Shown here: piece by piece, positions 44,095-54,530 of the stretch
Position numbering within the stretch: position 1 is the first letter of the stretch
How the letters are laid out: every line of letters begins with the position of its first letter
Source: Microvirga sp.
GTDB lineage: Bacteria > Pseudomonadota > Alphaproteobacteria > Rhizobiales > Beijerinckiaceae
DNA length: 64,000 nucleotides
NCBI GenBank assembly: GCA_035944635.1
Contig: DASZAZ010000034.1
Coordinates: 1,864 to 65,863, forward strand
Direction: 5' to 3'
The notes under the pieces: model-generated
Told to the model about the DNA's origin: nothing
Database searches by the model: none
Seen by the model: only the letters and a program-made list of their open reading frames with translations
Made by a program: the position numbers and the translations under genes

Positions 44095-44706
44095 ATGTCC
44101 ACCCTCTCCTTCCATCACCGTTTCGTCCCCGCCACGGCCGAAAACAGGCCCACGATCCTGCTCCTTCACGGCACGGGCGGGGACGAGAACGACCTCCTGC
44201 CCCTCGGCCAGATGGTATCGGCGGGCTCCGCCCTGCTCTCGCCCTGCGGAAAGGTGCTGGAGAACGGCATGCCGCGCTTCTTCCGCCGCTTCGCCGAAGG
44301 CGTCTTCGACGAGGCCGACGTGACTGCGCGGGCGAACGAATTGGCGGACTTCGTGGGCGAGGCGCGGGCGGCTTACGGCCTCCAAGCCCCTGTGGCGCTT
44401 GGCTTTTCCAACGGCGCCAACATCGCGGCGGCTCTCATGCTGCTCCGCCCCGAGGTGCTCGCCGGCGCCGCGCTGCTGCGCGCCATGGTGCCCCTGAGCG
44501 CTCCGCCCGCGGCCGATCTGTCGGGGAAACGGGTGCTGATCCTCTCAGGCTCCGCCGATCCGATCGTGCCGGCGGAGAATGCCGGGCGCTTGGCCGCGAT
44601 GCTCGCGCATGCGGGCGCAGAGGTCGATCACCGCACCCTGCCGGTGGGCCATGGCCTGTCCCAGGCGGACGTGAACCTCACGCGGGCGTGGTTCGACGCG
44701 CCCTAG
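44095..44706 (+). CDS. Phospholipase/carboxylesterase-type alpha/beta hydrolase (MhqD-like)
   Basis: LLLHGTGGDENDL and GFSNGAN nucleophile motifs. Confidence 0.8.
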   Translation: MSTLSFHHRFVPATAENRPTILLLHGTGGDENDLLPLGQMVSAGSALLSPCGKVLENGMPRFFRRFAEGVFDEADVTARANELADFVGEARAAYGLQAPVALGFSNGANIAAALMLLRPEVLAGAALLRAMVPLSAPPAADLSGKRVLILSGSADPIVPAENAGRLAAMLAHAGAEVDHRTLPVGHGLSQADVNLTRAWFDAP

Positions 44707-45494
44707 TAGGCGGCGGCCATCGAGGGGACGGCCGGCACGAGGCTCGACAGCGCGCGGCCGAGGCTTTGCGTCATGCAGGCGTAGCCCCGGTCGCTCATGT
44801 GGAACGCGTCGGACGCCAGCATGGAGCGCAGTTCCTCCGCCGATTGCTCGCCCCAAGCGCGCATGAGCGCAAAGCGCGAGAACACGGAAACCCCGTTCTC
44901 GCGCCCGACCTCGCGGACGATCCGCACATAGCGGCGGTACTGCTCCAAGTCCTTGATGCCGGGGAAGAATTGCTGATCGAGGAGAACGATGTCGACACCC
45001 GCCTTGCGCGCCGCCGTCACGCCCCGGGTCACAAGCGCCCGGAACTCGGTCTCGTCCCCTCCCCTGACCGCATCGTTGGTGCCGACCTGCCAGATCACGA
45101 GATCGGGCTTCGAGGCGATGACGGCCTCAAGCCGCTCGACCGTTTGGACCGCGGTCTCGCCGCCGATCCCCGCATTCTCCACCCGAACGCCATCGAGCTT
45201 CCAGGCCGCCTTGAGCTCGACTTCGAGGAGGGCCGGATAGGACTTGTCCTTGGACGAGGCGCCGACGCCCTCCGTCGAGGACGAGCCGATGGCGACGATG
45301 CGCACGGGCGTGCGCGCTTGCACGTGCCCGGTGAGCTCGTCCAGGGTGCCGGCCCGCGTGAGGCTCGGCACCGCGGCAGGACAGGGCGCCTCGGCGGCGC
45401 CGGCCCCCGTCAGGAGCGAGGCAGTAGCGAAGAAGAAGCAGGCCGCGACGACAGCAGCACGCTGGGCTTGCGCCCGGAGTTTGTCTTGGCCCAT
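44703..45494 (-). CDS. SGNH/GDSL hydrolase, secreted
   Basis: Signal peptide, then block I IVAIGSSSTEG. Confidence 0.8.
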   Translation of the reverse strand: MGQDKLRAQAQRAAVVAACFFFATASLLTGAGAAEAPCPAAVPSLTRAGTLDELTGHVQARTPVRIVAIGSSSTEGVGASSKDKSYPALLEVELKAAWKLDGVRVENAGIGGETAVQTVERLEAVIASKPDLVIWQVGTNDAVRGGDETEFRALVTRGVTAARKAGVDIVLLDQQFFPGIKDLEQYRRYVRIVREVGRENGVSVFSRFALMRAWGEQSAEELRSMLASDAFHMSDRGYACMTQSLGRALSSLVPAVPSMAAAY

Positions 45495-46567
45495 TCGAGA
45501 TATCGCGCCAGCAGGAAGAGTGAGATTGCCCCGAGCAGGGTAAATACCATTCCAACGAGCGCAGGACTAGTCGAGTACCTCACTTCCGAGAGCGTCATGA
45601 TGACTTCCCCGACGGCAGTGAGGAAGGATCCGACCGCGAAGACCGGCAGAGCCTGACGGCCAAGCCGCTGCAATTCCCCGCCCGCCCGGGTCCGCGCAAG
45701 AGCGGCGCCGAGCGGGAGCTGCGACAGGAGATAGGCCAGGGCCAGGAAGTGGACGAGGCGCACGAGGCCGAGATTGCTTTTGTCCACGTCCAGCGAGTGC
45801 CGGATGCTCTCCCAGAGCCCGGGCCAGAGCCAGGCCGCATCGGTCGCGATCACGGCCGAGAGGCCGACGATGAGGGCCGAGCCGATGAAGAGCGGCCGGG
45901 AATGCGGAGCTGTCCCCTGCCCCCAGGCGATGCCGGTCAGGATCCCGATGGTGAAGAGCAGCTGCCAGGCGAAGGGGTTGAAGTACCAGCTCCCCGGTTC
46001 GGGCCAGCTCGGCATGTTGAGTCCCGCGAGGCGTGCGGCAACGTAAAGGCTCAACGAGGCGGCTACGGCCAAGAGCGGATGCAGGCGGACAAGCGCGAAA
46101 ACCACGGGCGCCCAAAGCAGGAGCATCACGTAAAGGGGCAGGATGTCGAAATAGCCGAGCTGATGGCCGAGAAGGAGGATTCCCGTGACTCCACGGGCAG
46201 TGTCATGGAAGACGGACCCGCGTCCGCCGTGCTCGGTCAGGTCGGTGATGCCGCTCAGCACCGTCGCGATCGCGAACACCGCGACGGCGCTGAAGGTCAG
46301 GATCAGGTGGACACGATACAGGTGGAGGGCGCGCTTGAGGCACCGCCAGACCACCCCGCGGAAATCGCCTCCGGGAACCTTGGGGTAGTAGACGAGCGCG
46401 ACGGCAAGACCTGCGATGAACACGAAGGCCTCGGCTCCGTCGGAAAAGCCGAAATTGCGGTGGGTGAAGCGCTCGAGAATGTTGCCCGGGATGTGGTTGA
46501 CGAAAATCGTCACCAGCACGAAGCCGCGCCAGAAATCGATCGTCCGGTTGCGCTCTGCAGAGCCCAT
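45410..46567 (-). CDS. OpgC-like membrane acyltransferase
   Basis: RNRTIDFWRGFVLVTIFVNH start and about 10 TM segments. The 3' end overlaps the SGNH gene start by 85 nt. Confidence 0.8.
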   Translation of the reverse strand: MGSAERNRTIDFWRGFVLVTIFVNHIPGNILERFTHRNFGFSDGAEAFVFIAGLAVALVYYPKVPGGDFRGVVWRCLKRALHLYRVHLILTFSAVAVFAIATVLSGITDLTEHGGRGSVFHDTARGVTGILLLGHQLGYFDILPLYVMLLLWAPVVFALVRLHPLLAVAASLSLYVAARLAGLNMPSWPEPGSWYFNPFAWQLLFTIGILTGIAWGQGTAPHSRPLFIGSALIVGLSAVIATDAAWLWPGLWESIRHSLDVDKSNLGLVRLVHFLALAYLLSQLPLGAALARTRAGGELQRLGRQALPVFAVGSFLTAVGEVIMTLSEVRYSTSPALVGMVFTLLGAISLFLLARYLEWAKTNSGRKPSVLLSSRPASSSLLPRS

Positions 46568-46731
46568 GGCCGCCGCCCATATTCCTTGAACATTGAATGA
46601 ACGTTCAGGTAGGCGGGTGGGTCTCACCGTGACAGTAAGCTTCATTCACGAAGCGGTGCCGTAACGGTCACGTATTCGTGTGCCTGCAGCTGCGGCAGTT
46701 CAGACGTTTCGGGCTCCCCGCGGGCAGCCCG

Positions 46732-48258
46732 TTACAGCGGAATATTGTCGTGCTTCTTCCAGGGCCGCTCGCTCTCCTTGGAGCGGAGCATCGCCAAGGC
46801 GCGAGCGATGCGCCGGCGCGTGGAGTGGGGCATGATCACCTCGTCGATGTAGCCCCGCTCGGCCGCCACGAAGGGCGACATGAACCGGTCCTCGTACTCC
46901 TTGGTTTTAGCCGCGATGGTCTCCGCATCCCCGCCGCGGAAGATGATCTCGACCGCGCCCTTGGCGCCCATCACGGCGATCTGCGCCGTCGGCCAGGCAT
47001 AATTCACGTCGCCGCCGATGTGCTTGGAGGCCATCACGTCGTAGGCGCCCCCGAAGGCCTTGCGGGTGATCACCGTGACGAGGGGCACGGTCGCCTCGGA
47101 ATAGGCGAACAGCAGCTTCGCGCCATGCTTGATGAGGCCGCCATATTCCTGCGCCGTGCCAGGCAGGAAGCCCGGAACGTCCTCGAAGGTGACGATGGGA
47201 ATGTTGAACGCATCGCAAAAGCGCACGAAACGGGCCCCTTTGCGGGAGGCGTCGGCGTCGAGCACGCCCGCGAGCACCATGGGCTGGTTGGCCACGAAGC
47301 CGACCGTGCGGCCCTCGATGCGGCCGAAGCCCGTGATGATGTTCTTGGCGTAAGATTCCTGGATCTCGAAGAAGTCGCCCTCGTCCACGACTTTGAGGAT
47401 CAGCTCCTTCATGTCGTAGGGCTTGTTGGGGTTGTCGGGGATCAGCGTATCGAGGGAGTTGTCGACCCGGTTCGGATCGTCGAAGGACGGGAGTTCCGGC
47501 ACCCCGTCGAGGTTGTTGGCGGGGAGGAAGTCCATGAGGCGGCGCACCTGCAGCAGCGCCTCCACGTCGTTGTCGTAGGCGCCGTCCGCCACCGAGGACT
47601 TCGTGGTGTGGACCTTGGCCCCGCCGAGCTCTTCCGCGGTGACGGTCTCGTTGGTCACGGTCTTCACCACATCGGGGCCCGTGACGAACATGTAGGAGCG
47701 GTCGCGGACCATGAAGATGAAGTCCGTCATGGCGGGCGAGTAGACGTCGCCGCCCGCGCAGGGACCCATGATCACGGAGATCTGCGGGATCACGCCGGAC
47801 GCGATGACGTTGCGCTTGAACACCTCGCCATAGCCGCCGAGCGCCGCCACACCCTCCTGAATGCGGGCGCCGCCGGCATCGAAGAGGCCGATCACGGGCG
47901 CACGGACCTTCAGGGCCATGTCCTGGACCTTGATGATCTTCTGAGCATGGGCTTCGGAGAGGGAGCCGCCGAAGACCGTGAAGTCCTTGGCGAAAACGAA
48001 GACGGTCCGGCCGTTGATGGTGCCCCAGCCGGTCACCACACCATCGCCCGGGATCTTCTGATCGGCCATGCCGAAATCCGTCGAGCGGTGCTCGACGAAC
48101 ATGTCGAACTCCTCGAACGAGCCCTTGTCCAGCAGCGGTTCCAGGCGCTCCCGAGCCGTGAGCTTGCCGCGGGCGTGCTGGGCCTCGATGCGCTTGGCAC
48201 CGCCGCCGAGCCGCGCCTGCGCACGCCGGTCTTCGAGCCGTTCGAGCATGTCTTTCAT
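46732..48258 (-). CDS. pccB: Propionyl-CoA carboxylase beta subunit (carboxyltransferase)
   Basis: [33 protein letters not shown] and [16 protein letters not shown] closely resemble PCCB as I recall it. Start at ATG 48258. Confidence 0.92.
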   Translation of the reverse strand: MKDMLERLEDRRAQARLGGGAKRIEAQHARGKLTARERLEPLLDKGSFEEFDMFVEHRSTDFGMADQKIPGDGVVTGWGTINGRTVFVFAKDFTVFGGSLSEAHAQKIIKVQDMALKVRAPVIGLFDAGGARIQEGVAALGGYGEVFKRNVIASGVIPQISVIMGPCAGGDVYSPAMTDFIFMVRDRSYMFVTGPDVVKTVTNETVTAEELGGAKVHTTKSSVADGAYDNDVEALLQVRRLMDFLPANNLDGVPELPSFDDPNRVDNSLDTLIPDNPNKPYDMKELILKVVDEGDFFEIQESYAKNIITGFGRIEGRTVGFVANQPMVLAGVLDADASRKGARFVRFCDAFNIPIVTFEDVPGFLPGTAQEYGGLIKHGAKLLFAYSEATVPLVTVITRKAFGGAYDVMASKHIGGDVNYAWPTAQIAVMGAKGAVEIIFRGGDAETIAAKTKEYEDRFMSPFVAAERGYIDEVIMPHSTRRRIARALAMLRSKESERPWKKHDNIPL

Positions 48259-48355
48259 GGGGGCACCCTGCTGGAGCCGGCGAACGCCGGAAGGGAAAGG
48301 TGGCTGCCCCTTAGCACGCGCTTTTAGGCGCGAGAATGCGTCTCGCGTCGAAGGC

Positions 48356-49153
48356 TCAGCCCTCGGTCGCGAGACGATACACCTCGGACGCGGCCTTGAA
48401 GTCCGCTTCACGGATTTTGCGGCGCTCGCCGGCCTCGTAATCCTCGCCCCAGACGCTTTCCTGATAGCGCTCGTCCGCATGAGCGGCGGCCCAAGCCTCG
48501 TCCACATTCAGCCGCCCGTCGGCGTGGGCGAGCGCGATGAGAACCGAACCCGTCAGCGTGGTCATCACGTGAAGGGCGGCCAGCGCGAAGGGGGATTCGA
48601 TGCGCTCGACCCGCGCCCGCACCGCCGCCATGGCTTCATCCGATTGAGCCACATGGATCACGCCCTCGGCCAGGGCGAAGCGTGCTCCGAGAGCCTCCTG
48701 CGCCCAACCGATCACGGGATCCCAGGAAGCGCCCTGCTCCTGGACCAGGCGTTCAGGCGTGCCAGCGCGATAGCAGGTGAGGTCCGAGCCCGCATATTTG
48801 GCAATGTCGCCCACAACCTCCGCACGGCGGACGCTGACGCCGTCGATGGCGGAGTTCACGATCCGGGTCACCGGCATGGTGGCAGGGTCGATCTCGGCCG
48901 CTTGCCGGCCCCACTCCGCAGCCAGTGCCGCGGCAAGGCCGTAGGTCGGCAAGGCGAGCGGGTGCTTCGCCGGGGTGCGGGCCGTGCGGCCGTCGAGGGT
49001 GAGGTGGTACGCGCCCTCGCGCTCCTCGACCCCAGCCTCCTTGTAGAAGCGCTTCGGCAGCGGGGGCTTCATGCCGGCCTGGGCGGCCCGCATCGGGTTC
49101 GGCTCGTCGGGAGTTGGAAACCAATCGGTGGAAATCTGATCTGACATGGACAT
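48356..49153 (-). CDS. ATP12-family F1-ATPase assembly chaperone
   Basis: KRFYKEAGV...[15 protein letters not shown] motif. Confidence 0.85.
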   Translation of the reverse strand: MSMSDQISTDWFPTPDEPNPMRAAQAGMKPPLPKRFYKEAGVEEREGAYHLTLDGRTARTPAKHPLALPTYGLAAALAAEWGRQAAEIDPATMPVTRIVNSAIDGVSVRRAEVVGDIAKYAGSDLTCYRAGTPERLVQEQGASWDPVIGWAQEALGARFALAEGVIHVAQSDEAMAAVRARVERIESPFALAALHVMTTLTGSVLIALAHADGRLNVDEAWAAAHADERYQESVWGEDYEAGERRKIREADFKAASEVYRLATEG

Positions 49154-49201
49154 CAGATAGGAATTCCGGACCTCTCCTTGGAGGGGTCGGGCGCGCGGAA
49201 A

Positions 49202-49870
49202 TCAGGCGGCAGGCGGGGCGAAGCGGGCGTGGAGCAGCCGGTCAAGCTCGGGGTATGAATCCACGATCACATCGGCACCGGCCTCCCGCACGGCTGCCAC
49301 GGGGTGATAGCCCCAAGAGACGCCGATCGGCGTCGCCCCGGCGGCCTGGGCCATCATCATGTCGAAGGAGGTGTCCCCGATCATGACCGTATCGGCCGGT
49401 TCGCTACCGGTCTCCCCCATGGCCTGGAGGATCATGCCGGGATCGGGCTTCGAAGGGGCGTCGTCGGCGGTCTTGATCACGCCGAAGAAGCGCTCCCAGC
49501 CGTGGGTGTCGATGAGGTGCTGGACGCCCCGGCGGGACTTACCGGTGCAAAGCCCGAGGATCACGTCGGCGCGCTGGCTCAAGCGTTGCAGAACCTCCTC
49601 GGCGCCTGGAAAGAGCGGCTCCGCGAAGGCAGGGTCCTGCCGCAGCTCGTTGAAGACCTGCTTGTAGGTCTCGGCGATGCTCTCGGCGGGAGCCTTGGGC
49701 CCAGCGAGCACCGCCATGGCCTGGACCAGGGTGATCCCGACGATGGAGAGCGAGCGCTCCCGGCTCGGCGGCTCCAGGCCGTGGGCCAGAAAGGCGCGCC
49801 GCTGCGATTCCACGATGATGTTCTGGCTGTCGACGAGCGTCCCGTCGACATCGAAGAGGACCAGCTTCAT
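49202..49870 (-). CDS. HAD-superfamily hydrolase (phosphoglycolate phosphatase-like)
   Basis: FDVDGTLVDS motif I and GDTSFD motif IV. Confidence 0.85.
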   Translation of the reverse strand: MKLVLFDVDGTLVDSQNIIVESQRRAFLAHGLEPPSRERSLSIVGITLVQAMAVLAGPKAPAESIAETYKQVFNELRQDPAFAEPLFPGAEEVLQRLSQRADVILGLCTGKSRRGVQHLIDTHGWERFFGVIKTADDAPSKPDPGMILQAMGETGSEPADTVMIGDTSFDMMMAQAAGATPIGVSWGYHPVAAVREAGADVIVDSYPELDRLLHARFAPPAA

Positions 49871-49932
49871 GGGCGGGGGCCGCCATGCGCCGCAGCACCA
49901 TGCCGAGTGTGAGGGACCAGCTTCACGGGGCC

Positions 49933-51231
49933 CTACTCCTCGGGAGCCTCGACGATCGGATCGTATTGGCTGGTATCGAGACCGAGCAGATTGAAGCTCT
50001 GCTGCATGTGCGGCGGCAGCGGCGCCGTCACGTCGACCGGCTTTCCCGTCCGCGGATGGGGAATGACGATCCGGCGGGCCAGCAGGTGCAGCTTCTGCTG
50101 GATGCCGCCGGGCAATTCCCAGTTCTCGATGTCGAAATACTTGGGATCGCCGACGATGGGGTGCCCGATATGCGCCGCATGGGCGCGCAGCTGGTGGGTG
50201 CGGCCGGTGACGGGCTTGAGCGAGAGCCAGGCGAGCTTCTGGGCCGAGGTCTCAACGACGGCGTAGTAGGTCAGCGCGTGGCTCGCGCCCTCGTCGCCAT
50301 GACGGGCGACCTTCATGCGGGAATCGCCCTCCCCGCCCTCCTCCTTGGCGAGGTAGGTGGAGATACGGCCTTGGCGGACGCGGGGCACGCCGGCCACCAG
50401 CGCCCAATAGATCTTGCGCGTGGATCGCGAGCGGAAGGACTTCGCGAGCGTCGAGGCCGCAAAGCGCGTCTTTGCGATCACGAGACAGCCCGCCGTGTCC
50501 TTGTCGAGGCGGTGCACCAGCCGCGGCTTCTGGCCCTCTTCGTCGCGCATGGCCTCGAGAAGCCCGTCCACGTGACGCTTGGTGCCGGAGCCGCCCTGGA
50601 CCGCCAGGCCCATGGGCTTGTTCAGGATCAGGAGGTCCTTGTCCTCGTAGAGCACGAGGGATTGCAGGAATTGCCGGTCGTCCTGGTCCTTGGCGGCGGA
50701 GCGGGCCACCGGGCGGGGCTGATCGAGCTTCAGCGGCGGGATGCGCACCTTCTGGCCGGCCAGCAGACGATCGTTCGGCTGCGCGCGCTTGCCGTCCACG
50801 CGCAGCTCCCCTTTGCGGACGATGCGCTGGATGTGGGTGAACGCGAGCTGCGGAAAGCGGGCCACGAGGAAGCGGTCGACCCGCATATCGGCCTCGTCGG
50901 GGTCGACCGTCAGGGTCTGGACCCCGGTCGCCAGCACCTCCGTCGTGGCGGCCTTCGCTTCAGCGCGGGTCGGCTGCCGGGGCGCCTCGTCCCGGGGCTT
51001 CGGAGCGGCGGGGGCTGCGGCGCGGGGCGGAGCCGCCCTGGATTTCGATGGGGCCTTGGCGGGAGCTTTGGAAGGCGCCTTGGTCGAGCGGCCGCGCGAT
51101 GGCGGTCCCTCGCGGCGCGGTGCGCCCTCGGCCCCAGCTCGATCGCGCGAGCGGAACCCCTGCCGGGCGCTGGCGCGACCGCCCTTCGTGCCGCCTTTGG
51201 CGCCGTCCCGTCCTGAACCGCTCTGCTTCAT
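49933..51231 (-). CDS. rluC: RluC/RluA-family pseudouridine synthase with a basic N-terminal extension
   Basis: S4 domain, HRLDKDTAG catalytic motif, and a ~100-aa Lys/Ala/Pro/Arg-rich N-terminus. Confidence 0.85.
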   Translation of the reverse strand: MKQSGSGRDGAKGGTKGGRASARQGFRSRDRAGAEGAPRREGPPSRGRSTKAPSKAPAKAPSKSRAAPPRAAAPAAPKPRDEAPRQPTRAEAKAATTEVLATGVQTLTVDPDEADMRVDRFLVARFPQLAFTHIQRIVRKGELRVDGKRAQPNDRLLAGQKVRIPPLKLDQPRPVARSAAKDQDDRQFLQSLVLYEDKDLLILNKPMGLAVQGGSGTKRHVDGLLEAMRDEEGQKPRLVHRLDKDTAGCLVIAKTRFAASTLAKSFRSRSTRKIYWALVAGVPRVRQGRISTYLAKEEGGEGDSRMKVARHGDEGASHALTYYAVVETSAQKLAWLSLKPVTGRTHQLRAHAAHIGHPIVGDPKYFDIENWELPGGIQQKLHLLARRIVIPHPRTGKPVDVTAPLPPHMQQSFNLLGLDTSQYDPIVEAPEE

Positions 51232-51295
51232 ATGCCGCTCGTATCACCGTGCTGCCGGAGCGGCAACGACGGAAGGAGCCCACCGGTTCGGCGCC

Positions 51296-51682
51296 TCAGG
51301 AGGTTGCGATGCGGACCAGAGCCAACCCGACGAGGAGAGCACCGACTGATAGCGTCACGGAGGCCAGCACATAGAGGGCCGCCAACCCGCCCTGCCCTCG
51401 CTCCCAGAGCATCACCGCATCGAGGGAGAAGGCCGAGAAGGTCGTGAACCCGCCGAGCACGCCGGTGGCGAGGAACAGGCGCGCCGACGCTGTCCAGGCG
51501 GCGCCGGCCTTCAGGGCAAACCAGCCGGCCAGAATGCCCATGAGAAGCGAACCGCCGACGTTCACGGCGAGGGTGCTCCACGGAAAGCCAGGGCCGAAGG
51601 CGCGGAGCGCGGCTGCGTTCACGCCATGGCGGAGGATGCCGCCGAGCCCGGCACCGAGGAAAACTAGGAGGTAACCCGTCAC
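51296..51682 (-). CDS. crcB: Fluoride channel CrcB/FluC
   Basis: 128 aa, four TM segments, GGFTTFSAF motif. Confidence 0.9.
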   Translation of the reverse strand: MTGYLLVFLGAGLGGILRHGVNAAALRAFGPGFPWSTLAVNVGGSLLMGILAGWFALKAGAAWTASARLFLATGVLGGFTTFSAFSLDAVMLWERGQGGLAALYVLASVTLSVGALLVGLALVRIATS

Positions 51683-51730
51683 GCCTGACGCCGACCGGCT
51701 CGACCGGGCGCGGCTCCGGCAACGAGGGCG

Positions 51731-53047
51731 CTATTCGTCGCCACCCTGCCGCTCCCGTCTCAGCTTCGCCCAATAATCCATGCGCCGCCCGATCTCGCGC
51801 TCGAACCCCCGGTCCACCGGCTCGTAGAAGCCCTGCGCTCCGAGCTTGTCGGGCCAGTAATTCTGGCCCGAGAAGGCATCCGGTTCGTCGTGATCGTAGG
51901 CGTAGCTCTCGCCGTAGCCGATCTGTTTCATGAGCTTCGTGGGCGCATTCAGGATCGTCTTCGGCGGCATGAGGGAGCCGTTCTCTTTGGCCACGCGGGT
52001 CGCGGCCTTGTAGGCGGTGTAGATGGCGTTCGATTTCGGGGCTGTCGCGAGGTAGACGGCGGCCTGCGCGAGGGCGAGTTCGCCCTCCGGCGTGCCGAGG
52101 AAATCGAAGGCCTCCTTGGCGGCGTTGGCGACGACGAGGGCCTGGGGGTCGGCAAGGCCGATGTCCTCCACCGCCGCGCGGACCAGGCGGCGGGCGATGA
52201 ACAGGCGATCCTCGCCGGCATCCAGCATTCGGCACAGATAGTAGAGGGCCGCGTCCGGGTCCGAGCCCCGGATGGTCTTGTGGAGAGCGGAGATCAGGTT
52301 GTAGTGCCCCTCCTGCCCCTTGTCGTAGATCGGCGCGCGGCGCTGCACGATGTCTTGGAGCTGCTCCGCATCGAAGGTTTCGCCGGGCTTGGCGGAGCGC
52401 CAGATTTCCTCCGCGAGCGTCAGTGCCGCCCGCCCGTCGCCATCGGCCATGCGAACGAGCGAGGCGCGAGCTTCCGCGTCGAGCGGCAGCGGCTTTTCCG
52501 TGATCGTCTCGGCCCTTGCGAGCAGTTGTTCGACCGCCGTGTCATCGAGGGAGCGGAACACCAGCACCCGGGCGCGGGAGAGAAGGGCGGCGTTCAGCTC
52601 GAAGGACGGGTTCTCGGTCGTGGCACCCACGAGGGTAATTGTGCCGTCCTCCATGACGGGGAGGAAGGCATCGAGCTGAGCTCGGTTGAAGCGGTGGATC
52701 TCGTCTACGAAGAGCAGGGTGCCCTGTCCGGTGAGGCGCCGCTGACGGGCGGCCTCGAAGACCTTCTTGAGGTCCGCAATCCCGGAGAAGATGGCCGAGA
52801 TCTGCTCGAAATGAAGGCTCGTCTCATGGGCGAGGAGCCGCGCCACGGTGGTCTTGCCGGTGCCGGGCGGTCCCCAGAAAACCAGTGACCCGAGCGAGCC
52901 CGAGGCGATGAGCCGGGTGAGAATGCCGTCGGGGCCGACGAGGTGGTCCTGCCCGACCACCTCCGGGAGCTTGGTGGGGCGCAGGCGGTCGGCAAGCGGG
53001 CGCGGGGCGCCCTTCTCGAGGCCTGCTTTCGCAAAGAGGTCGCTCAA
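51731..53047 (-). CDS. rarA: Replication-associated recombination protein A (AAA+)
   Basis: GPPGTGKTT Walker A, MgsA C-terminal domain. Confidence 0.92.
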   Translation of the reverse strand: MSDLFAKAGLEKGAPRPLADRLRPTKLPEVVGQDHLVGPDGILTRLIASGSLGSLVFWGPPGTGKTTVARLLAHETSLHFEQISAIFSGIADLKKVFEAARQRRLTGQGTLLFVDEIHRFNRAQLDAFLPVMEDGTITLVGATTENPSFELNAALLSRARVLVFRSLDDTAVEQLLARAETITEKPLPLDAEARASLVRMADGDGRAALTLAEEIWRSAKPGETFDAEQLQDIVQRRAPIYDKGQEGHYNLISALHKTIRGSDPDAALYYLCRMLDAGEDRLFIARRLVRAAVEDIGLADPQALVVANAAKEAFDFLGTPEGELALAQAAVYLATAPKSNAIYTAYKAATRVAKENGSLMPPKTILNAPTKLMKQIGYGESYAYDHDEPDAFSGQNYWPDKLGAQGFYEPVDRGFEREIGRRMDYWAKLRRERQGGDE

Positions 53048-53072
53048 GGGGCCGACCTCCCCGAGGAGGGCC

Positions 53073-54530
53073 CTACCCTCCGAGCACGGAGGTAAAGACG
53101 CGGCCGCCCCGGTTGACGGTGATTTCCCAATAGCTTCCCCCGCTCCGGGCCACGAGGCGCTCGGCGTCCCTGGTCGTCGCGACCCGCTGGCCGTTGATGG
53201 CGACGATCATGTCGCCCTTCTGGAAGCCGACCCGGGCCGCGGCGCCACCTGCATCCAAGTCTGACACGACGACCCCATCCGATGAAATCTCGATCTGGAG
53301 TTCGTCGGCCACCGCGGGCGACATATTCACAAGGGTCGCGCCGGCCAACGGCGAGCGGGAGCGGATGCGCACCGGATCGCGGGGCCGCGTTTCGGGCGGG
53401 GTCATGAGCTTCACCGCCACGGTCTCGCGCTTGCCGCCGCGCAGGACCGTGAGCTTGCTCTCGCCCTCCACGCCGCGCAGCGCAAAGCGGTATCCGAAGG
53501 CCTCGGGGCTATCGACGGACTGACCGTCCACCGCGAGGATCACGTCGCCGCGCGAGAGTCCGGCTTCGGCCGCGGGTCCCCTGTCGACAAGGGAGGTCAC
53601 CAGCACGCCCATGGGACGCTCCAAGCCAAGCCCTTCTGCAACCTGCCGGTCGATACCCTGCAGCTGGGCTCCGAACCAGGGCCGTCGCACCGTTCGGCTG
53701 CCGCCGCGAGCGGAGTCGATGACCGCCTTCACCATGGTGGAGGGGATGGCGAAACCGATGCCGTGGCTGCCGCCGGACCGGGAGAAGATCGCGGTGTTGA
53801 TGCCGACCAGCCGCCCTTCCATATCGACCAGGGCGCCGCCGGAATTGCCGGGATTGATGGCGGCATCCGTCTGCACGAAGAACTGGTAGTCCGAAACACC
53901 CACCTGCGTGCGGGCGAGAGCCGAAACGATGCCCTGGGTGACGGTCTGGCCGACACCGAAGGGGTTGCCGATGGCGAGGACGATATCGCCGACCTCGAGG
54001 GCCTCCGAGTTGCCGAGCTCCAGATGGGAGATATCCCGGGCATCCTTCAAGCGCAGCATGGCGAGATCGGTGCGCGGATCGCGCAGCACGATCTCGGCCT
54101 CGAACTCGCGCCCGTCGGCCAGCGCCACCTTCACCTCCGTCATGCCCTCGATGACGTGGTGGTTGGTAACCACGAGACCGGAGGGGTCGACAATGACGCC
54201 GGAGCCCACGGACGAGGGCTGCCGCCCCCGGGGAGCCCCCTGCCCGCCTTCGCCGAAATAGCGGCGGAAGAACTCCTCCATCTCGGCCTGCCGCCGCTGC
54301 TGGCGCGCCGCGCCGTAGACGTTGACGACCGCAGGTGCGACTTCGCGCACGACGGGTGCGAAGGAGAGCTGCACCTGCGCCTTCGAGTCCGGCACGACCC
54401 GATTGTCTTGCGCAGGCCGGGCGGGACGGGCCTGCTCGGGCGCCGCCCGGGTCTGCGCCTCGGCGGAGGCGATCCCGGAAGCCGCCAAGAGAGCAAGGCC
54501 GAAGGTGCGGGAGAGAACAGCGAGGCGCAT
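53073..54530 (-). CDS. degP: Periplasmic serine endoprotease, DegP/HtrA family, two PDZ domains
   Basis: Signal peptide MRLAVLSRTFGLALLAASGIASAEA, GNSGGAL catalytic Ser motif. The longer track ORF overlaps rplQ and was rejected. Confidence 0.9.
   Translation of the reverse strand: MRLAVLSRTFGLALLAASGIASAEAQTRAAPEQARPARPAQDNRVVPDSKAQVQLSFAPVVREVAPAVVNVYGAARQQRRQAEMEEFFRRYFGEGGQGAPRGRQPSSVGSGVIVDPSGLVVTNHHVIEGMTEVKVALADGREFEAEIVLRDPRTDLAMLRLKDARDISHLELGNSEALEVGDIVLAIGNPFGVGQTVTQGIVSALARTQVGVSDYQFFVQTDAAINPGNSGGALVDMEGRLVGINTAIFSRSGGSHGIGFAIPSTMVKAVIDSARGGSRTVRRPWFGAQLQGIDRQVAEGLGLERPMGVLVTSLVDRGPAAEAGLSRGDVILAVDGQSVDSPEAFGYRFALRGVEGESKLTVLRGGKRETVAVKLMTPPETRPRDPVRIRSRSPLAGATLVNMSPAVADELQIEISSDGVVVSDLDAGGAAARVGFQKGDMIVAINGQRVATTRDAERLVARSGGSYWEITVNRGGRVFTSVLGG

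Noticed and set aside
39632-48258. Calling the two carboxylase genes methylcrotonyl-CoA carboxylase (mccA/mccB) because ivd is nearby.
   Set aside because: The diagnostic stretches match the propionyl-CoA carboxylase subunits as I recall them, not MCC: ERECSIQRRNQKVIEEAPS in the alpha subunit, and MFVEHR..DFGM and [16 protein letters not shown] in the beta subunit. In addition, ivd is on the other strand, 6 kb away.
51683-51730. Fluoride riboswitch upstream of crcB.
   Set aside because: Only 48 nt separate crcB from rarA, and I cannot see the conserved crcB-motif core. crcB appears simply co-transcribed with rarA.
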